The translations under genes and the position numbers were made by a program. A DNA stretch of 63,491 nucleotides, counting the filler, from Choristocarpus tenellus KU-1152 (lineage: Eukaryota; Protista; Phaeophyceae): the NCBI GenBank assembly GCA_964200185.2. It is 6 parts of 6 records of this genome, joined end to end, with 100 filler letters (N's around TTAATTAATTAA, not from the genome) between each part and the next. Parts side by side here need not be neighbours in the genome. Positions count along the whole stretch, not along the records: positions 1 to 15,474 come from CAXNAD020000993.1; 5 more parts are not named here. The stretch is one strand, 5' to 3'. The notes under the pieces were generated by a model. That model was not told where the DNA came from. It searched no databases and saw nothing but the letters and a program-made list of their open reading frames with translations. Position 1 is the stretch's first letter. Each line of letters opens with the position of its first letter. Below, piece after piece: positions 1 through 12,357 of the stretch.

Positions 1-3000
1 GTTTTAACAAAGGACAGGGGTTTTCCTCTTTTTACATATCAGGTGAACCAATGAGTCGTGGGTCTTGTCTGTCAGACTTCTGGGGTGTCTTTTATTACCA
101 CGACTTGTGGCCTTCTACAAACTGCAGTAGATTGTCAAGTTAATCAATAGCTCTATATGAACAACACAAAATACAAGGATTACTACATGTGCAAATTCGG
201 CTCTGCAACATGTTTACCCAATTCAATTGTCTGGTCACAATTTCAACCTGCTTATCCAATCACTCAACCATGTAAACATACAAAGCCGACCATGGTAGGC
301 GCTAAAGGTGTGAGTGTCAAAACCAGTCGGGTGACAAGTTGGTGTAGTTGACTGTCTGACCAGCCTGCACCATAGCAAGGAGTGAGTAACCTTTTGGCGT
401 ATAGATAGATCATAGCAATGGTGATGCAGTTGCTTAGCTGGGTGCCATTCAAGTCACTTTCTACCCTGGCGGATGATACACCACCCTGTTCTTCTTGGGG
501 GTTCTCCTCAACACTACTGGTACAGGCACCCTTGACTCTACTCGATTTCCTTTCTTGGCAAAATATATGAAGGGACATTCGGATAAGGAGCTCTCTAGCT
601 CATCTTCCAAATATCAAGAACCAGATGCCCGAAATCGGATATGATACACCCTCATTGACACATTCGCATCATGGAACTGCAGACTATACTACGGGGTATC
701 TTCTGTTCTACAGTACTGATATTACAGTTGTGCATTTCTTGGGACAACTACAAGTAGCTTTTGCCGACTGCTGGGAATATTGTTATCATCGAATTGGATT
801 AATCACCACTGTATGTTCGGAGTAATAATTGCAAGAAAGTACCAGGGCTTGAGTACACCTCAGGGGAATTGTGAGAATATTTTGAAATGACTACCAAGCA
901 GCTTTCTTGGGTTGGATCTTCTGGGTTGGGCGGGATGGAGCAAGCAAGCAACACATCCTCAATTCCAAGATTAGGTTGTCTCATTCGCTGGGATTCAAGA
1001 GGATGCATAGAGACCCCCTAAGGTATCCAATACTACTATTACTTAGTGACTAATGTATCAGATACAGTACACAGTTGTAAGAGGGGCTGTGTCATGTTAC
1101 TGACGAAAACTAAAAATGTCGAAGATGAGCCTTCTGGCTCACATTGGAGGGTGAATGCGGCAGAAACAAACATTTTCATATTCTCGCTCAAACGATCTTG
1201 TTCAAGGTACACAACTGGCTGATGATAAGATGAATTTCTTTGTTTGAATGACATATATTATGGTGATTGATTGGACTAAGAGCAAAGAGGACCATCCACA
1301 AATTAATCAACCGTGCAGAATATTGTGGGCGCTGCAACCAAGAAACTTCACACATTGAATCGAGCCTGGAAGGTTGCCTGGCCAAGTAATTTAAAGGTTA
1401 TGCCCACCATGTACACTTACACTGATAGCAATTAAGGGAGGAGCTGAAGTGTGTCGCTATGATGCCTAATTTACTCATCGGTGAGCACAAGAAAAAAGAA
1501 ATACATGTTCGGTGGTAGGGTACCCTACCACAGGGTAGCTACCTCTCTGGACAGATGATGTGGTAGCCGAGGATGGATTAATTGCCTTGCCCGTGTCATG
1601 CCATGAAGGCAACCATGGTGTGTAGTTCACACAGCCTCCAGGTGACCCCCACTAAGTATATAATGTTTGTTGAAAAGTATCGAGTCAAGATGGTGGGACA
1701 AAAACGCAAAAAAATCGTTGGGTGGTGTCCGGTCACAAGAATCACAGGATCTCTGCCATCCTAGTGGAGCTAAGGACCAGGCACATAAAATGCCGACATT
1801 CGCAACAAAGACGTGTGCCGCGGAAGGAAACTAGAAGTGATACTATTCTGACAATAGTCAGGAAGACAATGAGGGACAACCATGGTCCGCAAAGTGAAAG
1901 CGCCACTTGAAAGGTGTCGCAAAGAATGGGCACAGTTGCATGTCAGCAAATACACTGTTGCCCAGTTACTTTGCCTGACCTGTGATTTAGAAAGTTGATG
2001 GAACATGGCCTTGTGTTATGAGCATGTTGCTCAACCAACGGTCGAGTGCGTTTCCAGGTAAGTGCATGCTCTGTATGGATGGTTGTGCTGACCTGATGGA
2101 ATTGCTGATAGTACTGCTAAAGAACTCAAGGCAATACAGCGGTGTACTGTAAGTCAGATAACTCTGACAAAATTCGAACAAAATTTCAGAGAATTTCACT
2201 GGCAAGACTTGTAGGGAAAGAGGAAACTACTCGATCCTTTTTGATGAAAATGGGACACAGCAATGTTGATGGCACCAACGACATGAAGTTAGGGGGGGGG
2301 CATTAATCCATACCAAGGTTGAGGAGAACAAGTCAAGGGTCATAGCACCATTTCATCTTGTAGAGACAGGAGGGTCAGATATATTTTTGAAAACTTACTG
2401 CGTACTATGGAAGACCCTTCACAGGTGCCTTTGTAGCACAGTCCACTTCATAGGTTTACAAGTAGGACCTAGTTGGAATATGCTTTTTGACAGCATAAGT
2501 TTACCTCAAGCAAAAACCACAACTTGTTGAATACATTTCTACTGGTCCTTGCACCACCTCTATTCAACTGGTTTCAAGTCACAATACCATTTTCTTGAGG
2601 TGTATCCTCTTGAGGTCCAGCAGGTGGTGTGCTCTTTTCTAGCTAGAAGGCCAAGCGGCTCACCCATAAGACTTGCAAAGTTAGCCCTGCTCACTGTTGC
2701 ACAGGATAAAATATACACTGGGTGGGTTGCACACATCAAAAACACTGCCCGACCTTGCAAAAAGACTCAATATAGTACAGGGCAATCCGCCAAGCATCGC
2801 AATCACACCCTGTTGCTGCAGTTAAAAAATTCGTTTGGATTCCAATGAGAACCCACATTGACTATTAACATTTACATTTCATACTCTTGAAGTATAGGAG
2901 TTTGCTTCACCAGTCTATAGGCCAGGTCCCTAAGAATTGTGTTTCTAAATATAGATACCCTAGCTCAGCACTTGACGAGCAGGGCATGACAGCTACCTGC

Positions 3001-3077
3001 CTCAACCTCCTGACCATTCACGCAATGGCATAATTCAGCAAAAATTGCAGGCAAGTACTCATTGTTGCATGCCTAAC

Positions 3078-4099
3078 CTACACCTCCACCATGAACTTCT
3101 TGTATGCAGACATGTAGTAATCATCACCTAGACCAACTGTCGCAGCAGAGCGAACACCCTGCACAGTCCTTGCCTCTCCACCTCCAGCCCAAGCTGGGGC
3201 ATCATCATCATACATAAGTGGTATGGTTTGGACTAGAAGAGAAGAAAGCAGACAGTCAGCAAAGTCCAGGAGATAATGTTTTTCTAAAGACGACAAGATA
3301 AATATATGCGCAACAAAAAATGTCCCCTCCATCGGGGCTTCCCATCTCTAGCACAAAATAAGCAAATCGGTGCAGACAATATTTACTAAGATTGAAAAGT
3401 AACTGGTGACACGGGGGGTGGCCAGCAGGACTTGGGAGAAGGTGGGTCATGTTTAGAGGCCTTCTAGTACAACATTGTGTAATGAACGACTTGCTGATTA
3501 TTAAGACCATGCATACAGGTATCATCAGTGGTGGAATAGAGCACAAAGAAAGGGAGTCAACCATGGTACAAATAGTAGAATAGTTCAAATACCACATAGG
3601 GGACATCGCCAACAAGAAGAGACAAAGCATGATAGTCGGAAAGACCACATCTCACACAGAAGACTACAGGTCGTGAAAGGTCAAGTGGTATTTTCTATCA
3701 ACGATGTAGCTACTGCAGAAGAAAACGTGACTATCAGGCCCCAAAAACACGTCGTCTGTTCTCGTCAATATCCTCTTGGGCTCAGACCAACTTCGAACTA
3801 AACAAATATTGCGCTACGGACGACTTAGGCACAATACACGATTTGGATCACAAAAACTCCAGAAATTATTCAACAAATGTCAAACAGGGGACACAACGGG
3901 CCAATTCCCACCGGTTTAACCTACCTGTTCTGTCGATTTGAATTTCTTGCTGGTGTCTTTCCTTCTTCAAGTATCTCTTCCGCTTGGCGTAAGCACAACA
4001 CCGGAAGCATACTACGCCCGTGGATAAACAGAAAGCTATTGCGAGAAAAAAAACGATGAACCACCAAGAAAAATTTTCGCCTGCGTAGTCCTGACTCAT
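3078..4099 (-). CDS. Small single-pass membrane protein, 2 exons (4099-3925, 3232-3078), about 109 aa
   Basis: Exon 1 MSQDYAGENFSWWFIVFFLAIAFCLSTGVVCFRCCAYAKRKR has a TM helix, Cys cluster and basic stop-transfer. It ends at a phase-1 G|GTAGGT donor. Exon 2 has a GCTGAC branch-like site, pyrimidine tract and TAG acceptor in matching phase, and reads VQTIPLMYDDDAP...KKFMVEV*. Confidence 0.6.
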
Positions 4100-4811
4100 G
4101 TCAAGGTATCCTTTGCTCCTCTATCTTTGCCAAGAATAGTTGTGTGCCCCAAAAATTACTCTACTTTCTCAATTCAGGCCTGCTGACGCGGTTGGAAACG
4201 ACTTCCATCTCAAGCATGCTACTTTTTCCAATCCCTTTGCTTCACCTTCTCCCTAATCTCTAAGCCCATAGGTAATCTCATTTTGGGACAAATGGGGAAG
4301 GTTCATATAGAGCCAGTGTGTTCAGACCACAATCCATCCACCACTCCACCTCTTAACATAAAATATTCAATATCTGAATGTGTTCAAGTTCGACAGATGG
4401 ACAAATTGGATTTGATGGCGGTTCAGAGGTCTCTACCATCCTGGACAGTTCCAGCTGTGGTGATATGGGGCCATTACGAATGTACCATGGTGATTAGTAC
4501 TTAGAATCTACTTGTAATGTGTGATTTGTTGGCGAAGGTTAATAGTCTCCATGGCCTTTCCCCTATGATGACAAAAAGTATGATGGTGTTTGCCATCTCA
4601 CTCCTTATCATCATGAAGTAGAGCTCTACAAACCCTTCAGCTAAGTCAATTAACTGCATGCGTTAGGGTGTTTCTGGTAATCTCTTGGGTCGACTTCCTC
4701 ACATGCAATGATCCCTCCATAAACATTGTACTACGTTTCCAGCGTATTCGGCAACGACCCTGCCTAGCGGCCTTGAGAAGCTTACGTACATACCCAGTCG
4801 CAGCCAAGGGC

Positions 4812-6951
4812 ATGCAAGATACCATGCGATTAGATGGAGCTGTTGGGCATGTCAACCTGAGAGAGATAACTCGCCGACAAGGTCTAGACCGCCTACAGCA
4901 AGTTGTCGACCTTGCACTGGATGAAGGGGAACAGGGAAGGACGCTATCGTGTGCTGACATCGGTGCTGGTAAGGAAAGTGTAAATTCTAACTGGAGCATG
5001 TGGTTTTATTTCAAGTATTATCTTCTTCCAGGGTGTAGGCTATGGATAGTTCTGTTCTTTTGTATACCTCAAGACTGTGTGGCGAGTTTAGTTCGCCTAC
5101 TCATTACTGACTCTACCCATTGTCCCTTGCCTGCTCCCTCGTACAAACGGACAACAACTCGTTTCGGTGGGCTTCAATCTTAATTAACGCGATAGACCAT
5201 GGCCTCCTTGCCATCGAACTTCATACCAACGGTGTTGGAGTCATCGCCAGCGACAGAGCTGAGAATCCGCTAAAAGTTGCACGTGGGAATTTTGAGATGT
5301 ACCAGCAACATGCCTCTTTCCCCTTTGAATCCTCGACGGAAGGTAATTTCTTTGAGGAGAAAGAGGCAAGTAAACCGGAGCATACTGGTCCTCCCCCTCT
5401 TATACTAACTTCAGACCAAGAACAAGACGGGCGGCAGCATGTGGTCCCAAAATATGAGAGAGAGGTAGTACAACTTACAGGACAAAAGCAGGCAAGGAGA
5501 CGAATGCTGGAGTGCAGGTTGGGGGAAGGACTCACAGTACTCAAGGAGGGAGAGGTGGATACTGTGTGCATTGCAGGAATGGGTGAGCTGAGTGGGGGGG
5601 CGCAAAGTAGGTATTTGGGATGATAAATCCTTTCTGTGGACAATGAAGTACTATGCAATGTATGTGTGAGGAATCACGTGGATTTTGCAATGACACCTTA
5701 TGTTTGATGTGGAGCTATGTCTTAACCTTCATCCATGTTGTTATGCCCTGAGTATCACTCTTGATGACGAAAATTCTGCACGAGGCCCCGATGTTCAAAC
5801 CCAAATACAGCTCATTAGTCCACCCCAACAATGAACACACCAAATTGTCACCACACCAGGCACAGTACTACACTCCTGACTTGAATTTATTTTTTATTTT
5901 CTTCACTTTTGTCTGGGAACTATCTCGACTCATGATCAGAGACGCTACACATTGCATTACTTATCAACCACCTCACATAGTCATCTTCACTTTAGTCTGG
6001 GAACTATCCCAACCTGTGCCCAGAGGCACTAACTGCACACTGCAATGCTTCTCATACTATCTACTGATTGTAACTACTGTTGCACTACGGCTAATTGTAC
6101 CGCCTCTGTTCATGCCTCACTTCTCGTTTGTTCGGCTTCAGCCACCCCACCACTTGTTGCCCTACCTCCACTTCGAATATTATGCTAGACGACTCGCCTC
6201 TGTATTGCTTGGAAATGAAGCCTTACGGCCTTTGTTCTTAGTCCAACATTTTTGTGGTATCCATTGCGCTTGCCCTGCAGATTTCGGATAGTTCAAACCA
6301 GAGTTCCATGAAAAGAAGTCTGGCCCTGATAGGGTTCAAACCCTGGGATTTCAAGCAGGGAACAGGCTCCTCAACCACTGAACCACAAGGACACTCCGGA
6401 GTAGGCAACATTGACCTAATCACATTGGGTGTTGTACATGCATGCTATTTTAGTACCGACACAAACTATGCTACAAAGGTAGTGGCAAATTTTCAGGCCA
6501 GCAACATTAGAAACACGTTTACCACTGACAATTCTAGGCTATGTGTTTTATTTTCCTCTTCCTGCTGGTAGAGCTGTGTATTTGTATGTGATAGTTACTG
6601 CTGCATAGTGCAGTACAACAGAGTTCCAACCTCTGCACCATCTCAACGTCCTCTCCGACTGCTGGCAAAGGAGTGAACACCATAATCAGTATCCTAGGTG
6701 CTCACAAGGGAGAAGAAGCAGTAGAGAGACAGGACTCTTCGGAAACTGTTAAAATCAAAAGATCCAGAACTGGTGCAACACCTGTAGCTGAGACCTGGAA
6801 CCTAGATGATGGGCAGCTATCAAGGTCTCCACCACTACTCCTGAGACAGCTAGGGGTACGGCGTCTGGTGCTTCAGCCAATGGATGCTCGCCTGGAGTAC
6901 GTGCACAAACTGCGCTTGTGGCTGCGTCTACAAGGCTGGCTCATCACACAG
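4812..6951 (+). CDS. trmK: tRNA (adenine22-N1)-methyltransferase, TrmK family; exons ~4812-4968, 5196-5582, 6671-6951; true start and last exon not resolved
   Basis: Splicing at GT-AG sites with consistent phase gives RLQQVV...CADIGA/DHGLLAI...IASD...PLKVA...LECRLGEGLTVLKEGEVDTVCIAGMG/VNTIISIL...RRLVLQP...LRLWLRLQGWLI. This matches the TrmK motif order (ADIGxDH, RLGDGL, IAGMGG, LILQP, LRxWL). Confidence 0.85.
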
Positions 6952-8656
6952 GTGTGGTATCAGGAAGTTTGCCTTTGATTGGTGTACGTTTTGCCATTTG
7001 AACTTATGTATGATGTGACTCAACTGCAGACAATGAAAATATGGGTGTCTGATGTGAAGGTATTGGAACGTTACAGGTCGTTAAGAGTGTCTGCGCCTTC
7101 GCTTTCATGTTCACTTCTGTTACACACTCAACAGGAGGTACAATTAACTTATACAATCACATTCATGGAGTCGTTTTTTGGTCAGGCAATTGTCATTGGT
7201 TCAGATGCCATATCCGTTCAACCTCCACAATAACCTGTGAGGCCACTCGAATAGATAATGAGATGTTAGATTCAATATCCAACTTGTCTCCTGTCCTGTC
7301 CAATCAAAAAGAATGAAATGTTTCCATTCTGAATTCTAATTACAACAATCATAATAGTAATGGATTGGTTCAAAACTTTCACCACTAATAATGTGCAAAA
7401 CTGACCCTACGAAAAGTTACGAACACAAGGTACATTCTCATTCATTCATACGGAGTTTGGGAGGTATATATAAGAATCTCGTTTTTCCTTAAGATATCAT
7501 ATTTCTCTAGATTAGTGTGAACAGAAAGATGTACAAATACTCTGATCATTTTGCATCCAGAAAACCTTGAAAGATCACTTTTGAGGTTATTTTTGATAGG
7601 ATGCATTTGTCGTACTCCCTCACATGTTTTGTTACCTCTGGAAACGACGAAAGATGGTGAATGCCTGCAATCCATATTACAATCGAAATGTGTTGTCTAT
7701 GGCCAAGCGACACTGGCAAAGAACTTATGCATGCCCCACCCCATGATACCAAAACAACCATGGCACAGGAGACTATTATCTCATCCTCCGGAAAAGGTGG
7801 TAAGCGGAACTTCCTAACAGTGCGTGCAGAGGAGGCAGTCAGTACAGAGGTGCCCCCTCAAGGTTGTATGACTTCGTCAAGTAGAGAGGAGTTGTCCACC
7901 ATTAGCGTTTCCGACTGGATCGGAGATTTCTTGCCATCACGAGCAACTGATAGTGAGTGGGTGAGTACAGAGGGCGGCATGGAGGAGGCTACGATTTTCC
8001 TCAACTATCTCCATCACCAGATCAAGTGGCTAAATGTAATTAAGAGCACCAGGGCATCAGCAGGGATAGAGACGATGAATGGGATGGAATCCAGAGAAAG
8101 CACAGAAGAACGATCACAAGTTGGGGGGGGTGATTCATTAGTTGCCAGCATTGAGGCGATGGCAAGGGCAATTGAGGGAACCATTGCAACCAGTAAAGCA
8201 TCTTGACAGGAATGTTAGTGGCTGCCCAGTAACATTCCGAGCAACAGTATTGGAGTAGTTAGAGCTCTATGGGTTTTGATTATTTATGTTCTTCTAATTG
8301 CTGGTGCAGGAACGTAAAACCAAGCAATAGATCTGCTTGAAGATAGCTAACAATACGTGCTGCTACAGTTGTAGTGACCCTCCCATTCACCTCTAAATAT
8401 AGTGCCATCAAAATGCAGTGAGGAGTACCTCACCAGCCTCTCTAGATAACTTGCTCATGGTCGAGGAAAGAGGGTCTGCGGGGATCGAACCCCTCTCGCA
8501 GTTTGAACCTCTACCAATGGAATAGACCAGACAGGCATGGCAGAAAGAAACGCGCATGTAATTCCTGGCCATTGAGCCTCATGCCATCCCCTCGTATATA
8601 TTTACACATCTGCTTGATACCCACGCGTTAAGCTTCGGGGATCATAGAGCGAGTTT

Positions 8657-9034
8657 TTATTCCTCGCTCTGCGATCTTCCGCTACCACCATTGAAAGTCG
8701 ACATGTCACCCAGCTCTGGGAGTAGATCGAGGGCAACCCTTGAAGGTCTAGCATGCAAAGTACAACCCATTTCCCGACCTATACTAGCCCTGCTGTCATA
8801 GATTCCTTCGAGAATGCTCCGTTCCTCTTCTAGTTGCTCCACAAAATCATCCCCAAAAACTCCACGCAGTTCCATCCTGGCTTGGCGTTCTAAGCTGTGA
8901 CCTTCGACACTCGCTTTCTCCTCTTTGTCCAACGTATTGAGGTTGGTATGCGATTTGAAAGGAAGCCCTCCTGGTAACCACGAACCCGCAACTGCCAAAA
9001 GGGAAAGGAGCAGAAATATTACTATCGATCTCAT
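8657..9034 (-). CDS. Hypothetical protein with N-terminal signal peptide (possibly plastid-targeted); may be exon 1 of a longer gene
   Basis: MRSIVIFLLLSLLAVAGS-WLPG is a hydrophobic signal followed by an aromatic residue at the likely cleavage site. The ORF is open for about 125 codons with protein-like composition. Confidence 0.5.
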   Translation of the reverse strand: MRSIVIFLLLSLLAVAGSWLPGGLPFKSHTNLNTLDKEEKASVEGHSLERQARMELRGVFGDDFVEQLEEERSILEGIYDSRASIGREMGCTLHARPSRVALDLLPELGDMSTFNGGSGRSQSEE

Positions 9035-9329
9035 TGACCCTTTTCTATACATTACGTTTTAAGAGAGATGAACGGGAAAAGGTGAATGTACAGTTTAATT
9101 TGCGTTGGTGACAACCTGGGGATGTGCCACATTCTTTCTTAAAATATGTACCATATCTTAAATACAGGGTTTCCACAAGACTGTCTTGGCTTTCCGAGAT
9201 ATGAAATAGGTGTTCAACAACTATACAGCTGTCTTGGCTTTTTAAAAGGATACAATCATCAACCGCTTACCTCCAGGAACTTGGTTGGGACATGTGTGTG
9301 ACTTTTTCCGTGTACCTCTAATCGTGTGT

Positions 9330-10700
9330 TTCATTGTTGTGGGAAAACCATATGACTCTATTGACCGTGATCTGTTGGGGCTGTGGTTGGAAAGCTCTGA
9401 GTGGCTGAGAAGATGATCTCAGTCTTCCGTCAAACGTTCGTCCGTGTGGGTAATGGAGAGAGTGTACGGACTAGTTTGAGTTTAGGCAAGGTATTTACCA
9501 AGGGTGTGTTCTTGCCCCTATATTCTTCTAGTACTGCTAAATTGTGGTTAAGGAGTCTCCAGGGATGTCGTCATCAAGGACATCCAAGTCAGAGGAGGAG
9601 TGGAAGAGAATGATTAACGCTTGAGTGGTGCCAGTGGGGTATGCTCTATGCTGATGATGTGAGCATTGTATTTAAGACACAAGGGAATCTGGCCAGAATG
9701 ATGGCGGTGGTTGTGGAAGTAGCTGGACATTCTGGCTGACCGTGTCTGAGTTGAAGGCAGAAACGATGTGCTTTGACCTCCTAGCAAGGCCACAGATATT
9801 ACTGAGATCCAGGCTTGGGATCAGAGCCACAAGCATACTGATAAATTTGTTCGCCTTGGAGATAACATCAGTGACGAAGCTGATATTACCGCGGAGATGA
9901 GTACACGGATCCCAAAATGAATCGTTTTGTTTCCACAAGCACAGCCAGGTACTTCATGACAAAACGACAGGCGTACCGCTTAAGCTTAAGACTCGAATGC
10001 TCAAGTTGAAGTGCTTGAGGTCCTGTTATATGGTTATGTGATGTGAACACTTCACAGCCCACAACGTCGCGATTCGTTCTCAAAAATTCCTCCTGCAATG
10101 CATCGGATTTTGCAAACGGGAAAAACATCCATCACACCCCACCTTACAAAGTGTCCTTGAGAAGGGTGGGTGTGACAATATCGAGGCAACCATGCATATA
10201 CGGAGACTCTTGTTCACAGGCCGAGATACACGGATGAGCGATGGGCAACTATCAAAGGCTTTAATGTTTGGGGAGCCTGCGTGTGGAAAGCAGGACTGGA
10301 GAAGCACTGGTCATTGTTCCGGCAATATGATGTTGGAAATAAGAGGTCACTGTCGAGGGGTGGTATACATGGGCAATAAACCCACCAAGGTGTTGCATGT
10401 ATGTGATTAGTGGAAAGAAGAGCCTCATGGATGAGTGGCAAGCCAGAGAATTGCGATAGGCGATGTACTTCATGCTGAAGCAGCAGGTAAGACAGGTCAA
10501 GAAGGTCAGGGTACATGCACACACACTAGTGTCTGCTGAAAGCTGCTTTCCTCATTTTCTTTTCTTTTTCCTGTGGGATCCAGTGGTACCCATGGCGCTG
10601 ATGACAAACGATCACAGCTATTGGGTACTAGTGAATAGTAAAATTTCTTTCCTTTTTCTTTTCTCCATTTTTTTTTTCTTGAGTCCATAGTGTATTACAT
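9330..10700 (+). mobile_element. Decayed non-LTR retrotransposon (RTE-like LINE): RT and C-terminal region plus T-rich 3' UTR
   Basis: Frameshifted fragments KPYDSIDRDLL, EKMISVFRQ, RQGIYQGCVLAPI, MLYADDVSIV (~9642-9670) and IEATMHIRRLLFTGR...KALMFGE. Many stops and frameshifts. Confidence 0.8.
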
Positions 10701-12214
10701 CTTCTCCCTCAACTACCTTTCTGCCACTAGTTTGGGACCCATCAGACTACTATGAAGCATAGAAAGAATTGTTAGAGATGGTCTACATTTCGTTTGTGCT
10801 CGGTGAGTAGGTTGTGAGCAAAACCATCCAAGAGGGGATCGATTTTGGACATTTGGAGTCTTACGGCCTTTCTTAACCTTGTCCTATATTCACCATGCCC
10901 ATGCTTGGAATGCAGCTAAATCCCCTTAAGAGGTTGTGGCAGTATAAAAAGATAAGCTGTGAACATATTGTTATCTAGAAGCACCCTCCGCTTAAAACAT
11001 ATATACCACTGTTGTGAAGTCCAACAGTTCAATCGGCTTCACTTCAATCAATCGGAGAAACCGAACAACTGAACTGGAATAAGATCAGTTATTTAGTTAT
11101 TTTTTTTATGACAAATGCAACCAAAAGTGTAACTATTCAACCCGTCAGAAGTCACAGAACTACAGCCTTGTCACAAAGTTTCACTACCCAAAACTCACCA
11201 CATATTTTGCTGGCCGCCACTTTGGGTCATGCCTGATGAGACCTCTGTGGGAGTTTCTTTTTTTTTTCCTTGCGTCACAACATGTACCCACAGTTCAATC
11301 CGATTCATAAAGAAAATAATTAACCAAGTTAATCATAGTCATAAATTATTTTGGTTCACGACAATAACATACACATATCTATGTATGCAAATCACGAGAC
11401 TGTCATAGGGATCATTGAAACTCGATGTCACCCCTACCCTAGATGGTATCGCTCTATATAGTACTGAATGCACTGTACAACACACCAGCGGTGTGCGTTG
11501 TGGCCCAGTCTGGTGCTCTGTAGGAAATGAATCTCTGTATATGTGAATTGACGAAAGAAAACTTTGGGGGAGAGTCATTACGTAATATTGATCGATTGAT
11601 AATCCAATTCCTGTTGGTACATATAAAGGACTTCATAGTAAGCAATGAAGATTCTTACGTTGTGTGTTGCTAGGCATCTATCTGCAAAATGTCAGGGGAC
11701 ACAAAAAAGTAGATTCGTTAGCACACATTAGTTCGATGCAAAGATGTTCGAAACATTTTCCGAACTATATTATGCTCTAGCTGTTACTACTGCTCTGAAC
11801 ACTAGTCTAATGGGTCTTAAACCTGTGGTCAAAAGGTGGTGAGAGGAGAAAAAATATCTGTTGTTTCAACATAATGCTCGAAGACATTACACCAGAGTAC
11901 ATAATAATAGTACACAATCAAACAAACAAGTGAAGAATGAGAAAAGGTGATATAGTGAAAGAGTGTCAATCAAGACCCAGACAGTAGTCACTACAACTCA
12001 ATAGTTGGGGCTGAAGATGTCATCAACACCAACAACATTGCCAAGGTCCCATGGCAAAACGAGAGACTCAGTGTCACATCCACTCCATCAATCTGAAACA
12101 TCGCCCATCACTTATCACAAAAACGAGGCATAATGGTATGAAGCAGATATACTGTGTTGTCATGGAGGAGAATGACCCAAAGCATTTAAGACAGTAGGGC
12201 CAATCGCAACATTT

Positions 12215-12357
12215 GTTAGCAAGATTCTATAGTCGTATACATTTTAGGTAACGGTGTTCGCACAGAAAACCGAAAAAGAGCACCAAAAACCCGTGGGAAG
12301 CCAAGCCCTGAATGGACAAACCGAGCAAAATTCCTACCCCCTTCAATGCTTTGACTC
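12215..12357 (-). mobile_element. MITE family copy (diverged, partial)
   Basis: The reverse complement begins GAGTCAAAGCATTGAAGGGGGTAGG...GTTTGTCCATTCAGGGCTTGGCTTCCCACG and aligns by eye to the copies at 41110 and 43033. Confidence 0.7.

Noticed and set aside
1-3000. Possible decayed transposon or LINE sequence (also 13700-15470 and 7660-8210)
   Set aside because: Looks like decayed coding DNA, but I could not read a diagnostic motif, so no call was made.
5899-6015. Imperfect ~30-bp direct repeat (TCTTCACTTT.GTCTGGGAACTATC) in trmK intron 2
   Set aside because: Only two copies in an intron, with no further structure.
8472-8535. tRNA-like stretch on the minus strand (TTGGTAGAG...GGGGTTCGATCCCC)
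   Set aside because: Has a T-arm-like hairpin but no anticodon arm or 7-bp acceptor stem. It may instead be a downstream exon of the 8657-9034 gene or a SINE relic; tRNAscan-SE would settle it.
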